The notes under the pieces: generated by a model | Database searches by the model: none | What the model saw: only the letters and a program-made list of their open reading frames with translations | Told to the model about the DNA's origin: nothing | Program-made: the position numbers and the translations under genes | Part shown: in pieces, positions 49,893 through 62,272 of the stretch | Numbering within the stretch: the stretch's first letter is position 1 | Layout of the letters: every line of letters starts with the position of its first letter | Source of the DNA: Azolla caroliniana | Lineage: Eukaryota; Plantae; Polypodiophyta | Assembly: GCA_043228905.1 (NCBI GenBank) | Contig: JBHGNT010000017.1 | Location: forward strand, 13,640,001-13,704,000 | Reading direction: 5' to 3' | Length of the DNA: 64,000 nt

Positions 49893-52800
49893 TGTTGCAC
49901 AGACAAAGATAACGTGAAAGTGAGGAAGGAATCACTGGGATTATGGACGGAAGAGACGAAAGAGTATATATGAAGTGAATAGACATCAATAGGATATGGC
50001 AAGGTAGGATTTTTAAGAAATATGAGATATGGCAAGATAAGATATAAAATGATATTTGAGAAAATGTAGGAAATTTATAATCATTATCATGAAAGAGTTA
50101 CAAAATGGCTGCGAGCGTCGTTGGACCTTCGATTTTCGTCTCACAAAGTAGCCGCTCTTCCCTTCATTGATAGTAAACCATAATCTTCCCTTCAAGGATC
50201 TTTTGACGAGGATAAGACTCACCGCCCTTCCGTTGCGAGTTGAGGACCACAACCGCCAAGCTAGTTCTCCTCTAGTCTTTTGAAGATACCTCTCTCTCCC
50301 CCTTTGTCTATTATGATCTATTATAATTCTCTCTTGATCCAATATAATTTGATTCAATCTTATTTCTTGGTATCTTTATGACTACATCCCCTTCTCCTTT
50401 TATAGCAAAGGGATAATCTTGCATGTGGTACATCTGGCGCACATGCAAATAGGCTCTTGCATGTGTGATATATGGTGCACATGTAATACATTTCAATGTT
50501 GACACTATTTAATGCAAGTTCAAATAATACAACACGTAGGCTTTTGCCATGTTGTGAGTATTGACTAAGTGGTAGTGATTGAGGCTTTCAAAGTTGAGGT
50601 TGTGGGTTTGAGTCCTCTATAGTGCATGTAATACAATTCTTTTTCTTTCTATAGTCTTCGTATATAATGTACTATAATATTGAGGTTGTGGGTTTGAGTC
50701 CTCTCTAGCGCATGTAATACAATTCTTTTTCTTTCTATAGCCGCCGTATATAATGTACTATAATATTTATATAGTTTATATATCATGAATGTTTGCTAAT
50801 TGGTAACATGTGAGGCTCATAAGGTGAAGGTTATTAGTTCAAGTCCTCTCTTGTCCTCATAATGTAGGGTTTTACTTTATTCACCTATATAATGTATAAT
50901 ATTATATAAAACACTAACAAGATTCTTTTTATTTTAGTTATGTATTTATCTTATTGTAGACTTTTGATGTGAAGCTTTCATACTTCACGACATCCACCCC
51001 CTCTAGACTTGCACGTCCTTCGACATGTGCCACTATCTTTCTTCTTCATGTTGATCTATTAGTGGAGGTTCAAGCTCGAGCCTTTTCTTAAATACTTTTA
51101 TACTCTTTCCTGCTACCACATTTAGGATTAGTGTCCCATCCAATTCACTAAGGTTATAGGTAAAGTTATCATATACTTTTTCCACTATGTAAGGCCCAAA
51201 CCATCTTTCAGCAAACTTGCGGACGATGCTATGTTTATTATCTAAATTGCTATCATACACGAGTACCCAATCCCCTTCTTCTATTTTCTTTGGCTGAATT
51301 CTGTGAGTTTGATCAAAATGAATTTTATTCTTTAGTCGAGCCTCCTTCAATCGTTGGGCTGCTAATTCTATATCTTCAGGTCGACGCTCTAATTGTTGAA
51401 TTCGCAAAGCAAGCAATTCTTCTCTACTCACCTCCTCTCTCCATGGAATAGATATCCATGACATAATTGATTCTTATATCGGCATGATGCACTTTTGGCC
51501 AAGTATTAATTCAACTGCCATGTATCCTGTTACCGAACTATGCGTTGTTCGATCCGCCCATATTGCATAAGGTAGCATGCGTGGCCAATCTCTTATTTTA
51601 TCTTTACAGCTTTTCACGATCGCCTTAACTATTGGGCTATTTCCTCTTTCAATCTTTCCATTGGCTTTTGGATTATACGCAGTTGTAAGTGATAATTTGA
51701 CCCCTATTCGGCTGAAGAATTCTCTAGCTTCATCAGAGTCAAGTTCTCCTCTATCTGCAATTATTTTACCAACACACCCGTAACGACATATTACGTCTTC
51801 TAACAAAAATTTACATACAGCTCTAGTTGTTTTTTGTCGTAGTGGTCTTCCTTCTACTTGGTTTGTAAGGTCTTCTCTTGCTAGTACTAAGTATCGCATT
51901 TGACCTTCCCCAAGTGGCATTGTCACTAGATCGACCATCCATTTATAAGGCATTGATGATGGTTGAATACCTCTAACAAACCTCACAGGTTTCCACAAGT
52001 TTCGTTACATATTTATACATATGTGACCACCAATACTTTTCTTTCAACTTCATAAATGTCGCCCATATGCCTCTATGCCCTACCCACAAACTATCATGGA
52101 ATTCATTAATTAATTTTCTCTTAATGTCATCCTTACAAATGAATCGAAGAGGATTTTCGGTTGGCCTTTTTGGACGCCTCCATAAATGCCCTTCATGTAA
52201 AAAAAACTTGAATGCTCGTCTTCGAAATTCATTTAATTGTTTCTTCGACCACAATGGGTTGGCTTCTTGAGACTTTAGAAAATTTCCTATTTCTAACCAT
52301 TGACCTTCATACTCTGTGTCTTCGACCATTATGCTTACATTAAACTCATCATGAGGCTTAATAGATACTTGATGGCTTGTAGTTGCCCAATTCTTATCTT
52401 CAGCTTGCATCACCCTTTCATTTATGAACCTTGCTCTTGACAATATATCTGTGACTGGGTTCTCTTTGCCCTTTATATGCCATAATTATGGGTTCATGGT
52501 TCTGATGTATGCAATCCACCGAAGCATTGCAATATCTGGTGTGGTGCAACTTGCTATCATTCCAATGAGTGGCAAACAATCTATTTCAACCACTACATCT
52601 GCTCCAATCAAGTAATCTCTATCTGTTTTTAATGCAGTAAGCAAACCCCACAATTCTCGTTTAACTTGTGCATAATTTCTTTGTCTTTCACTTAATATCT
52701 TTGCTCCAAATATGATAGCATATCGATGTTGGTCTTCATCTTCTTGGTTGATAACCCAACCGATCCCAATTGGGCTAGTAACAATTGTCACTATAATTGG

Positions 52801-55665
52801 GCTTTCACCTTTGTAGTCTGGTTGACAAAGAACTGGAGCTTTCAATAATGCTTCTTTCAATTGTTGAACAACTTGTGTATGTTCATCAGTCCAAATAAAC
52901 TTCCTCCCTTTTCTTAAAAGTTGGTAGAGAGGATCTGATACATGTGCAAAGTGTGGTAACCAAATATGATAAAACACACATGCACCTAAAAATCTTCTCA
53001 CCTCTGTTACCGATTCGCAAACCTCCTTCATATTTTGTATTGCATTAATTTTGATCGGTGATGGCTTCCTCCCATACCAGCCACACATATGACCAACTAT
53101 CAAAACTTCGTTTTGCCCAAAGCTTGACTTTGTTCCTGATAGTGTCAAATGTACCTGCTCAAGCTTATTTAAAATACTTTCACAATCATTAATGTGATCC
53201 ATCACAAACTATCTGCAACCATTTCCAACCATAGTCTCATCATTCTCTCTTTCTAAGCATCCTTTAATAGGAATATCATCTAAAAATGGCATAGTTACCT
53301 TTGGAATGTATTCATGTAGAACTTTGTTCATTGCATTCATCATATGAGCAACCGAATTCGTCGCTCCTTGAGGTAGAGTGCACATTCGAACCAACCCAAT
53401 TGGTTGTATCCTAAATATAGGTCTCCCACAGAGTAAATCGCTCTCCTAGCAAAAGCTTCTTTAAATTCATCAACAATCGGCCCGATTCCTGCATTTCGGA
53501 TTGTGACTTTGTTGACTGGTTGTAGATCTTGAATGAATCTTAGAGAACCATCTTTCTTTGGAATTGTGAACTATCTATTGGAGTATGGTGCATTTGAAGG
53601 CTCTAAAATCTTCATCTTGACTTTATCCTTCAGCAACACCAACAATTGAGGTAATCGAGCTCTCAGTATTGCAATAGGTTTAAAATTCCAAGGAATATGA
53701 GGGATAGTAAATATTACCATTGGCATCACCACCTTTGGATCTACACAACCAATCTCCTCAACTTTGAATGCGAACGCTTTCCTAACATGCCTAAAGATCA
53801 TTTCTTTGAAAGTCGCGATCTCTGATTGCAGAAGAAATATTTATTGTCTCCGAAGTGAAGTGATGTCTGATCTTCTCTATTGTTCGAAGCATAAGCTTGG
53901 TTGTTGTTGCTTCCATCTTCTCTTCACTACCAATAGGTAATGGTACTGCAACAGGTTTGACCTTTTTATCTATTGTTTTGTATTTTGTATTACATAAACT
54001 TTCTACTTCTTCATATTTACAATTATACCTATCAATCTCATAATACATATCAATTGAGTTTACATGTATCTTTCGAACACTCTCATCATCTTCTTTCAAA
54101 TACATTTCTAACTCTTCTATAGTATTTGCAAAAGAAATTTCTTCCATAACACTTTCAATGTGCTCTTCCATTTCAAGTACTCCATTATCTTTCAATGCCT
54201 GTTGAAACAAATTAGCATTCTTTTTCAAGTTCCTCTTGCATTCATACATCCTAGTCACACATATAGCACCACTTTTAGAAACATGAAATGACTTATTCAT
54301 ATGTTGTAATGCCCTACGTGAGGGTCTTTTAATAATGAGACTATTGCAACCCTCATTTGCAACAGTACTAGTCAAAAAGCTAATCATCAAAATCATAACA
54401 TTCCTATGGTATCGAATGATCACAAAGTTCTTGCTTATTCCTCTCATGATTTGGGCAAACTGTCATAAATTGTACAGTTCCTTGTCCATCTTGGCTTCGA
54501 ATCTTCGCATAGGGAGAACCATTGTCAAGGACTTTGATCTCCATCCGTACTGTTGTGATGTATGGTTGCCTCAAGATTATTGGATAGGTAGATCCTTCCT
54601 GCACAAAGAAATGTTGATCCACCTCTATATTACCAATAGTAACCTTTACATTTGGGCATGCACCAAATAAATCTTCAATGACTGATGTGGCCGCTTTTAC
54701 GTGGCAACAAGGTTGAGTATCAATTGGCCATCTACCTTTCCTGTAAAAATGAGCACTCATTATATTTATTTCAAAACCATGATCAATAAGTGCCATCACC
54801 GGGTCTGGAACATTTCCAATCTTCACATGATGCGAAGTAGTGGCACTTGCCCAACATTTGCGAGAGTAGTGGCTTCTTGTCTCTGTTGAACTTATCATTG
54901 AGGTTGATGCATGTTGAGAGTCAACAATGTTATTGTTCGACTCGTTGCTTACCACTTCATATGCCACCTTCGGATTTGTCTCTTTAACCTGCTCATTTAC
55001 TTGCTTCTTTCTTCGCACAATATCAATTATTTCATCATGAAATTCCTTTATTGCAATTCTTAACACTTCTCTTAATGTAAATTCTACTCGACTGTCTAGT
55101 ATTCTTGTTTCTAAAATTCTCTTTAAATCTATATCCTTTTCAATATCAGGCATTAATTTGAATGATGGACCAAATATACCTTTTTCAACTTTTGTGTCCA
55201 TCTCTTTTCTTTTGCTTTCTCTTGTTTCATGCTTTTCTGTTGACCCAATCTCATCATCCAACCTTTTCCTTTTTTCTTCCACTATCACCTCATGCTCTTT
55301 GTGTTCTACCATCTGAGCATAGACTGTCATAGCATCTATTGGAACATCCCATCCAGTGTTTTTGCTTACAAAATCTCCAGCAACACGAAGGTCTTCCATC
55401 TTCCGATTTTGCTTTTGTGCAGAACTTACAACCTTCTCCCAGAATGATGATCGGTATGGTGTGTCATCAAGACGCATTCCTACTGTTTCCAATTAGTACA
55501 TTGTAGAAGCCTTCTTTGCTTCAACTTCTTCAAACATAACCTTAACACCACCATCACCAAAGTTCTTTGTAAGTGGACTTCTAGTTTCAGTTAAGTAAAT
55601 GCTACCATTTTTCCAGTAGACCAAGTCTTGATTTTCCATGTCTTTATATTCCGTACAATCACGTA
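49893..55665 (-). mobile_element. Old Gypsy family E: 3' LTR 49893-50992, decayed gag C-terminus, protease, RT, RNase H, integrase
   Basis: ALIDHGFEIN, LPQGATNSVAH, PFLDDIPIKG, LAREDLTNQVEG; many stops; homologous to A/B but AT-rich. Confidence 0.93.
50555..50857 (+). other. Array of tRNA-shaped modules in E LTR: 50555-50626, partial ~50680-50712, 50786-50857 (mirror 29358-29660 -)
   Basis: A boxes TGACTAAGTGG and TTGCTAATTGG; loops CTTTCAA and CTCATAA; AGGTT; B boxes GTTTGAGTC and GTTCAAGTC; each full unit 72 nt. Confidence 0.65.
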
Positions 55666-55875
55666 ATTGATGTTTGAGGGCGATAGCTAGATGAGAGATT
55701 ACAAGTGACCTTAAGCATTTTGAAGAGATGCTTCCAGAATTTCGACACGAATTGAGGTCCACGGTCATTGATGATACTATCTGGGAGGTCATGGTGCCGA
55801 AATACCTCACGTATGACAACTTCAGCGGTTTCTTCACTAGTGATTGCCTTAGTACAAGGCAGGAAATGTGGTGTC
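55666..55875 (-). mobile_element. Integrase core fragment of a different (chromovirus-like) Gypsy
   Basis: HFLPCTKAITSEETAEV..REVFRHHDLPDSIINDRGPQFVSKFWKHLF...LSSSYRPQT. Confidence 0.75.
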
Positions 55876-56073
55876 CTCTTGAGTATTACAAGTATAATCA
55901 TAGGGAATAACTTCAGAGGCAACAAGATTATCATCTCTTTTCATTAATCCATGCATGACAACAAGGTTTTATTGTTTACAGGTACAGAAGCATTTTATGC
56001 TGATGTGGGACACTTTTCTGTATTGTTTGTTCAGGTTCACAATGGCATATTAACATGCATATATACTGCACAA

Positions 56074-57140
56074 CTATTTTCCTTCCGGCCCAGCGTTGCC
56101 TAACGTGACAACTAACGTCTCCCAACTGTCGGGGAGGGAACCGAGCATGAGTAATGCGAGTACCTCATCGGCGAGAGGTACTTCCAACGAGGTGGCTTGG
56201 TGTATTAGCCCCTGGAAAGCATTCATGTGCTCCGCCATACTGGAGTCGTCCTGGTATCGGAGCCTCACATGCTTCCGGAATACCGAAACCTGATTAACGA
56301 CATTCTTGTTCTGGAACATGATGTCGATCTTCTCCTAGAGTTCATGAGCCTTGCTCTCTTCATTGAAGTTGTTGTACAGGCTCATGTCGATGGAGCACCG
56401 GATGTATGTCGTTGTCTTCATGTGCATCACCTCCCACACTATGGCGTCGATCTTATCCAGTCTCTTGTCCCCGAACTAAACCGGCAACCAAAGATCTTTA
56501 ACCACAATCATATCCCTCATCTTCGACTTCCACACTGAGTAATTGGAGCCGGTGAGCTTGAACATGTTGCCGAATGATTCTTCCATTTCCTGTGTTGTTT
56601 GCTCTAATACCAGTTTGTGGAGAATAGCACGGAAAATTGCTCGGCCACAACCGAGTCTTGAATCACTTCAATGAGAATGAAACACATAAATGGGAAGTAG
56701 AGAGTACATAGAATGGTGGAAAACCCTAATGGGAAAAACCACGGGAGCCCACAGACTCCGAACTTTCACTATATGAGAGGAAATACAAAGTGGAGACACA
56801 AAGGCAACGACCTCGTGCTCGCGATCTTCGCCAACCAGCGGTTACAACAGAGTATAACTCTGTATCTCCTCTCTCTCTATACAACCATTTTTCAACAATA
56901 ATATGGCAACAACCTACAACTCCATAAAGTGATTGCCCTAAGTCATATTTATACTTATATGAACTTAGGGCTATTTACAAATATAGCCTCAATAGGCTTA
57001 CTCAAAACATATTTATAAATATGTCTCCTCTTTTGGTTCTCACCGGGTCTATCCGATCCGGTTTCCGAATCTCTTCTGGTTCTCACCGGGTCCACTTCAT
57101 CCATAACCGAATCCCATCAGAAGGGACCGATTTCCCAACA
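56074..57140 (-). mobile_element. Copia C-related 5' fragment: LTR 56616-57140, PBS, truncated gag
   Basis: TGGTATTAGAGC at 56601-56612; LLMLGSLPDSWETLVVTL. Confidence 0.88.
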
Positions 57141-58617
57141 AGACCATGTCTGGGTCTTGGCCTTCTCCTTCCGGTCGACTCTGTCCTTCTTGACTCTGTC
57201 ACCATTGCCACTCGCACCGACTTATTTGGATGTGCCGACTTCCTTCGTCGACTCAACTTCCTTTTTCCTCTTGTCTCCCCCTTTGTTGGTTCTTCCCTTT
57301 CTGGTTCCTTGTCCGATGCCGTCAGCAATTTCTTTGCCTTTGCTCGTTATGGCATCCGTTTCTTTGCCTTTGCTCATTCTCCCCCTCAAGTGCGGCACGT
57401 CGAGATGCTGAACACCAAGCATTTCGATGAAGTGTTGCAACTTGTCCGATCCTAGCAGTTTGGTGAAGATGTCAGAAACCTGTCGATCCGTCTGAACATA
57501 CCGAAGTTCGACTTCACCGCTCAGGACCTTCTCATGCACGAAGTGATAATGCACTTCTATGTGCTTTGTTCGAGCATGGAATGCGGGGTTCTTGGCGAGT
57601 TGTATGTTGTTCATGGTGTCGCAGTAGATCGGGATTGGGATCGGCACCTCGATCCAGAGGTCTCGCAGTAGTCGCCGAAGCTAGATGGCTTCACAGGTGG
57701 CAATGGTAGCGCCCCGGTATTCAGCCTCAATGCTCGACCGAGGCACTGTTGGATGCTTTTTGTTGCTCCATGCAACGACCGCGCTACCAAGAGAAAACAT
57801 GTAACCGGAGGTGGATCGGCAATCCAATGCATCACCAGCCCAGTCGGCATCGGTATATCCGACTAGCTTCCCAGCTATAGTGTGTCGGTATAACAATCCT
57901 CGGTCCTTCGTGCCGCTAACATACCAAAGTATCCGGTGTGCGCACTAAAGGTGCTCGACGGTCGGCTTCTACATGAACTGGCTGATCACTCCAACTAGTT
58001 AACTGATTTCGGGTTGAGTGATTGTCAAGTATATGAGGCTTCCGACAATTTGTCGTAACCGTTTCTCATCGCAAGCCGGTCCGAAGTTGGTGCGGAGCTT
58101 TTGGTTCCAGTCCAGGGGTGTGGAGACTTGTACAGCATATTCAATACATAGTGTCGTTGTGAGAGCAATATGATGTCGGGGGTTCGGATCACCTCGATCC
58201 CAAGGAAATAATGAAGGTCCCCCAAGTCCTTCATCTCAAATGCGTCCGACAGCTAGGCCTTGACACGGTCGATTTCATTGAGTCTGGGTCCGGTGATGAC
58301 TAAATCATCTACATAAAGTAAGATGCAAACCGGACCACCCAAACGTTGTTGGATGAACAACGATGAGTTGGATTTAGAGGTCACAAACCCCATCTTACGC
58401 AACCAGTGCCTGATCTTTGCTTTCCAAGCTTGGGGGGCTTGTTTCAGACAGTAAAGTGACTTCTTAAGCCGGCACACCGCCGACTTATTCATCTCCGACT
58501 GAAAACCAGGAGGTTGGATCATATAGACCCGTTCTTCAAGGTCACCTTGAAGAAACACATTCTTCACGTCCATCTGGCGAAGATGCCACCCCCTTGCCGC
58601 AGCAACCGCCAATACCA
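57141..58617 (-). mobile_element. Decayed Copia RT-RNase H
   Basis: QMDVKNVFLQG, LLYVDDL, GYTDADWAG, HARTKHIEVHYHF. Confidence 0.9.
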
Positions 58618-60886
58618 TCCGGCCGGTTTCTCTTTCCACTCTCGTGTGGAGCTCCTTGAAGACATATAACACTTGATCCTTCGTCTTCAATGGTGAGACA
58701 CATAGCTTTCGGTTGTGGTCGTATATGAACGTCACGAAGTACTACGATCCGACATGTGACTTCGTGTCCACTTGACACACATCAGTATGCACCAGCTCCA
58801 GTGGTGCATTCCGTCTCATTGGTGGTCTTGACCGGAAGGAGGTTCGGTTTTGCTTGCCGGTCAAGCAATCGGTGCAGTTCTCAAGTTGCACGTCCTTCAC
58901 CGGAATGAGATTGTCTTTGTCAAGCCTCTTCATCCCCTTCTCACTCATGTGACACAACCTCTTGTTCCACAGCTCACCGACAGTGTCGGATGCTACATTC
59001 ACTTCTTCCCGGCATATCCGGGCATGCATAAAGTACAACGCGTTGACCTTCCGAGCTCGAGCCACTATTAGACTCCCTTTTTTGAACTTCATGACTCCGT
59101 TCCGGATGTTACCCGTGTAAATCTAGTCGACCGGCTGATATCAGGTTCAATCGAACCTCCGGAACATGTCGAACATCCTTTAGTAGCAACTTGCATCCGG
59201 TTGATGTCGTCAACGACACATCTCCTATGCCGACAATTCGGCATGTCCCTTCATTCCCCATCCGGACACAACCGTGATCTCCGGCTGTGTAGGATGAGAA
59301 GCATCTCAGGTCCGGTGTCAGGTGGAACAATGCTCCGGAATCGACAACCCACATTGTCTCGTCGCCGACAAGGTTTAACTCATTCTCCTCGGTAATGAGC
59401 ATCAGTTCTTCTTCACTTGTCGCGATCGCCAACGTTCCCTTCCGATCCGAGCCTCTCCGGTCTGAACTGTTTCGGTCCAAAATCTTCTTCGAATCGGTGG
59501 TGTCGGTTCCTTTCTCTTTCCGGAAATACCGACAGTTCTTCTGGAAGTGCCCCAGCTTCCCACAGTAGAAGCAAGTAGGTCTCCCCCTTGACTTCGACCT
59601 TGTCCCCGATTTGTCCCGGTTTTGGGAACTCCGATACCGGCCTCTTCCCCGGTTGTGGTCATCTTCGGTAACCAAGGCCTTTGGATCGGTTCCGGACTCC
59701 TGATCCTTCCGGTGAGCTTCTTCATCTAGCAAGCTTGAGTTTACCCTAGCTAGGGACAATTGTTTTCCTTTCGGCCCGGCGTTGCCCAACGTGACAATTA
59801 GCGTCTCCCAACTATCTGGGAGGGAACCGAGGAGAAGCAATGCAAGTACCTCATCGGCAAAAGGTACTTCCAACGAGGTTGCTTGGTGTATTAGCCCCTG
59901 GAAGGCATTCATGTGCTCCATCATGTTGGAGCCATCCTAGTACCGGAGCCTCACTAGCTTCCGGAATACCTAAAGCCGATTAACAACATTCTTGTTCTGG
60001 AACATGATGTCGATCTTCTCCCAGAGTTCATGAGCCTTGCTCTCTTCATTGAAGTTGTTGTACAGGCTCATGTCGATGAAGCACCGGATGTATGTCGTCG
60101 TCTTCATGTGCATCACCTCCCACACTGTGGCATCGATCTTATCTGGTCTCTTGTCCCCGAATTGAACCAGCAACCAAAGATCTTTAACCACCAGCATATC
60201 CTTCATCTTCGACTTCCACACTGAGTAGTTGGAGCCGGTGAGCTTGAACATGCCGCCGAACGATTCTGCCATTTACTGTGTTGTTCGCTCTTATGCCAAA
60301 TTGTAAAGTAAGGCGCAGAATATTGTTCGGCCACAACCAAGTCTTGAATCACTTCGACGAGAATGAAACACAGAAATGGGAAATGGAGAGTACACAAGGA
60401 AATACACAGGATGTTTATGTGCAAAACCCTAATAGGGAAAAACCACAGGAGCCCACAGACTCCAAACTATCACTATGTGAGAAAGGTACAATTAGAGCCT
60501 CGGAGGCAATGACCTCGTGCTTTGTATCTCCGCCAACCCGCGGTTACAACAGAGTATCACAATGTATCTCACACACTCTCTCTCTGTCGCTCTTTGTACA
60601 ACAATTATCACTGAACAACAATACGGTAACAACCAAAAGTGATTTCCCTAAGTCATATTTATACTTAGGGCTATATTTATACTTAAGTGATCTTAGGGCT
60701 ATTTACAAATATAACCTCAATAGGCTTACTCAAAACATATTTACAAATATGTCTTCTCATCCGGTTCTCACCGGGTCTATTCGATCTTGTTTCCGGTCCA
60801 ATCCTATTTTAGGATCTCTCTTCCGGTTCTCACCGGGTCCACTTCATTCATACCGAATCCCATCCGAAGGGACCGATTTCCCAACA
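58618..60886 (-). mobile_element. Copia C-related 5' part: LTR 60302-60886, decayed PBS, gag-protease-integrase with stops
   Basis: CFYCGKLGHFQKNC, WVVDSGA, ELVHTDVC; homologous to 22869-25092. Confidence 0.92.
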
Positions 60887-60928
60887 CATCGCACCATCTC
60901 CACCTTGTAGTCACATAGTGTCACAAAA

Positions 60929-61000
60929 TGTGAATATCAAGGTTTGCACTTGTGACCTTCAAACAATGGTCTTACACTTTAACCATTGCACCAACTCATT
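60929..61000 (-). other. 72-nt tRNA-shaped module in a probable Gypsy LTR fragment
   Basis: Consensus A box TGGTGCAATGG, AGGTC, T arm ACAAG-TGCAAAC-CTTGA, immediately followed by TTTT. Confidence 0.55.
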
Positions 61001-61334
61001 TTAATTAATAAATACATTTTCATATTATTATTATTCAAGAACTATAGAGCACTAGACACATTAGATGACCGCCAAATGGCATGCACCCTATACACCAAGT
61101 GGCACACAACATGTATGCCAAATGGCGATCATGCACATTCTGATGTACAGTATATAAGTCGAAGATCTGCTTAGTGTTGAACCGGAATGGTTCAACACCA
61201 GTCTTCAGCAACCTTGTAATCTCAGTTTCTGATAATAGAAATTCTTGTATTTTTGTCTTGTAAACGTCTTCTCGTTTGTTATTATCTTCTTTTCTTCCAA
61301 TCAACCTCGTCTTCGAAGCTTGGGTCGCGACACA

Positions 61335-62272
61335 TAGATAGCGTGACCCATCATTTCCGTTGAATTGCCTGTTTCTTTGCACAAGCCGCTCTATTGCCGA
61401 CTTGATCTCTGACATCGCGTGTTGTTCTTGCAGTATCCAGTTGAACATCAGCATCATCATGTTCATCGCCACTTGTTGATTCTCCATCTCCTTGCCACCC
61501 ACTTTCACGCCGAGTATACCAAATGTGTCGTGCCTTTTGGCGCCGGATCGTTGCATGAGTCGGGTGGGAACCGTTGGGGTTTTGGACTAGGAGGAGGAAG
61601 AATTTGAGACGATTCTAGTTATTAATAGATTATAAGAAAGAGAGATAGAAAACTTGTGAGTCCCACAAGTATAATGTATTTTATTAATGAATATTTAGGT
61701 AAGAATATGAATTTAGATTGAAAGAGAAGGATATAGAAACCTCGTGAATCACATCAGTATAGTTTATTAATCGGTATTTAGAATCATATTCAATTTCCAA
61801 AGATTCCACCCCCCCTATTTCATCTTTCTCCCATCCTTATATAGTGATGGGAGAGGCTTAGCAATTCATGCTTTTTCGATGGACTCCAGGCTTTTGCTAT
61901 CTATAGACTATATACTTTCTCTAACATGATTCTTCTAAAAGTGATCATGCTTTTTCTAACCTCATGCGTTTGTTTTATAAACTATAGTGTTCATGCACAC
62001 TAGATGTGCATGTGTAGCTTTTTTCTATCATGTGTTTTTCTTCTAACTAAAGCTTTTCCTAGAAAATATGCATGAAGTAACCTTTCTATGTGGGATATTT
62101 TTTAACGTTCATAATGTGTTAGATAATGGCAAGGTTCCAAATTATTAACATTGAGGTACAAGGTTTGAATCTTGCCCTATGCATGTAAAATATTTTTCTT
62201 CTATTTCCGTATATTTTATTGAGTCGGGTACTCCATACGTTTTTCACGTAGTGTACGAAATACACTACGACA
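61335..62272 (-). mobile_element. Older A/B-related Gypsy 5' end: LTR 61526-62272, decayed tRNA-Trp PBS, gag start
   Basis: Same LTR termini; TGGTATACTCGGCGTGAA; ILQEQHAMSEIKSAIERLVQRNRQFNG; tRNA-like module at 62112-62183. Confidence 0.88.

Larger units (their letters stand above)
40627..52280. repeat. Right arm of ~11.6 kb inverted duplication
   Basis: Reverse complement of 27935-39503 with a few SNPs and indels (net +85 nt). Confidence 0.97.

Noticed and set aside
57021-61607. Many 60-210 aa ORFs overlapping LTRs or antisense to pol
   Set aside because: By-products of GC-rich TE sequence with no domain signatures
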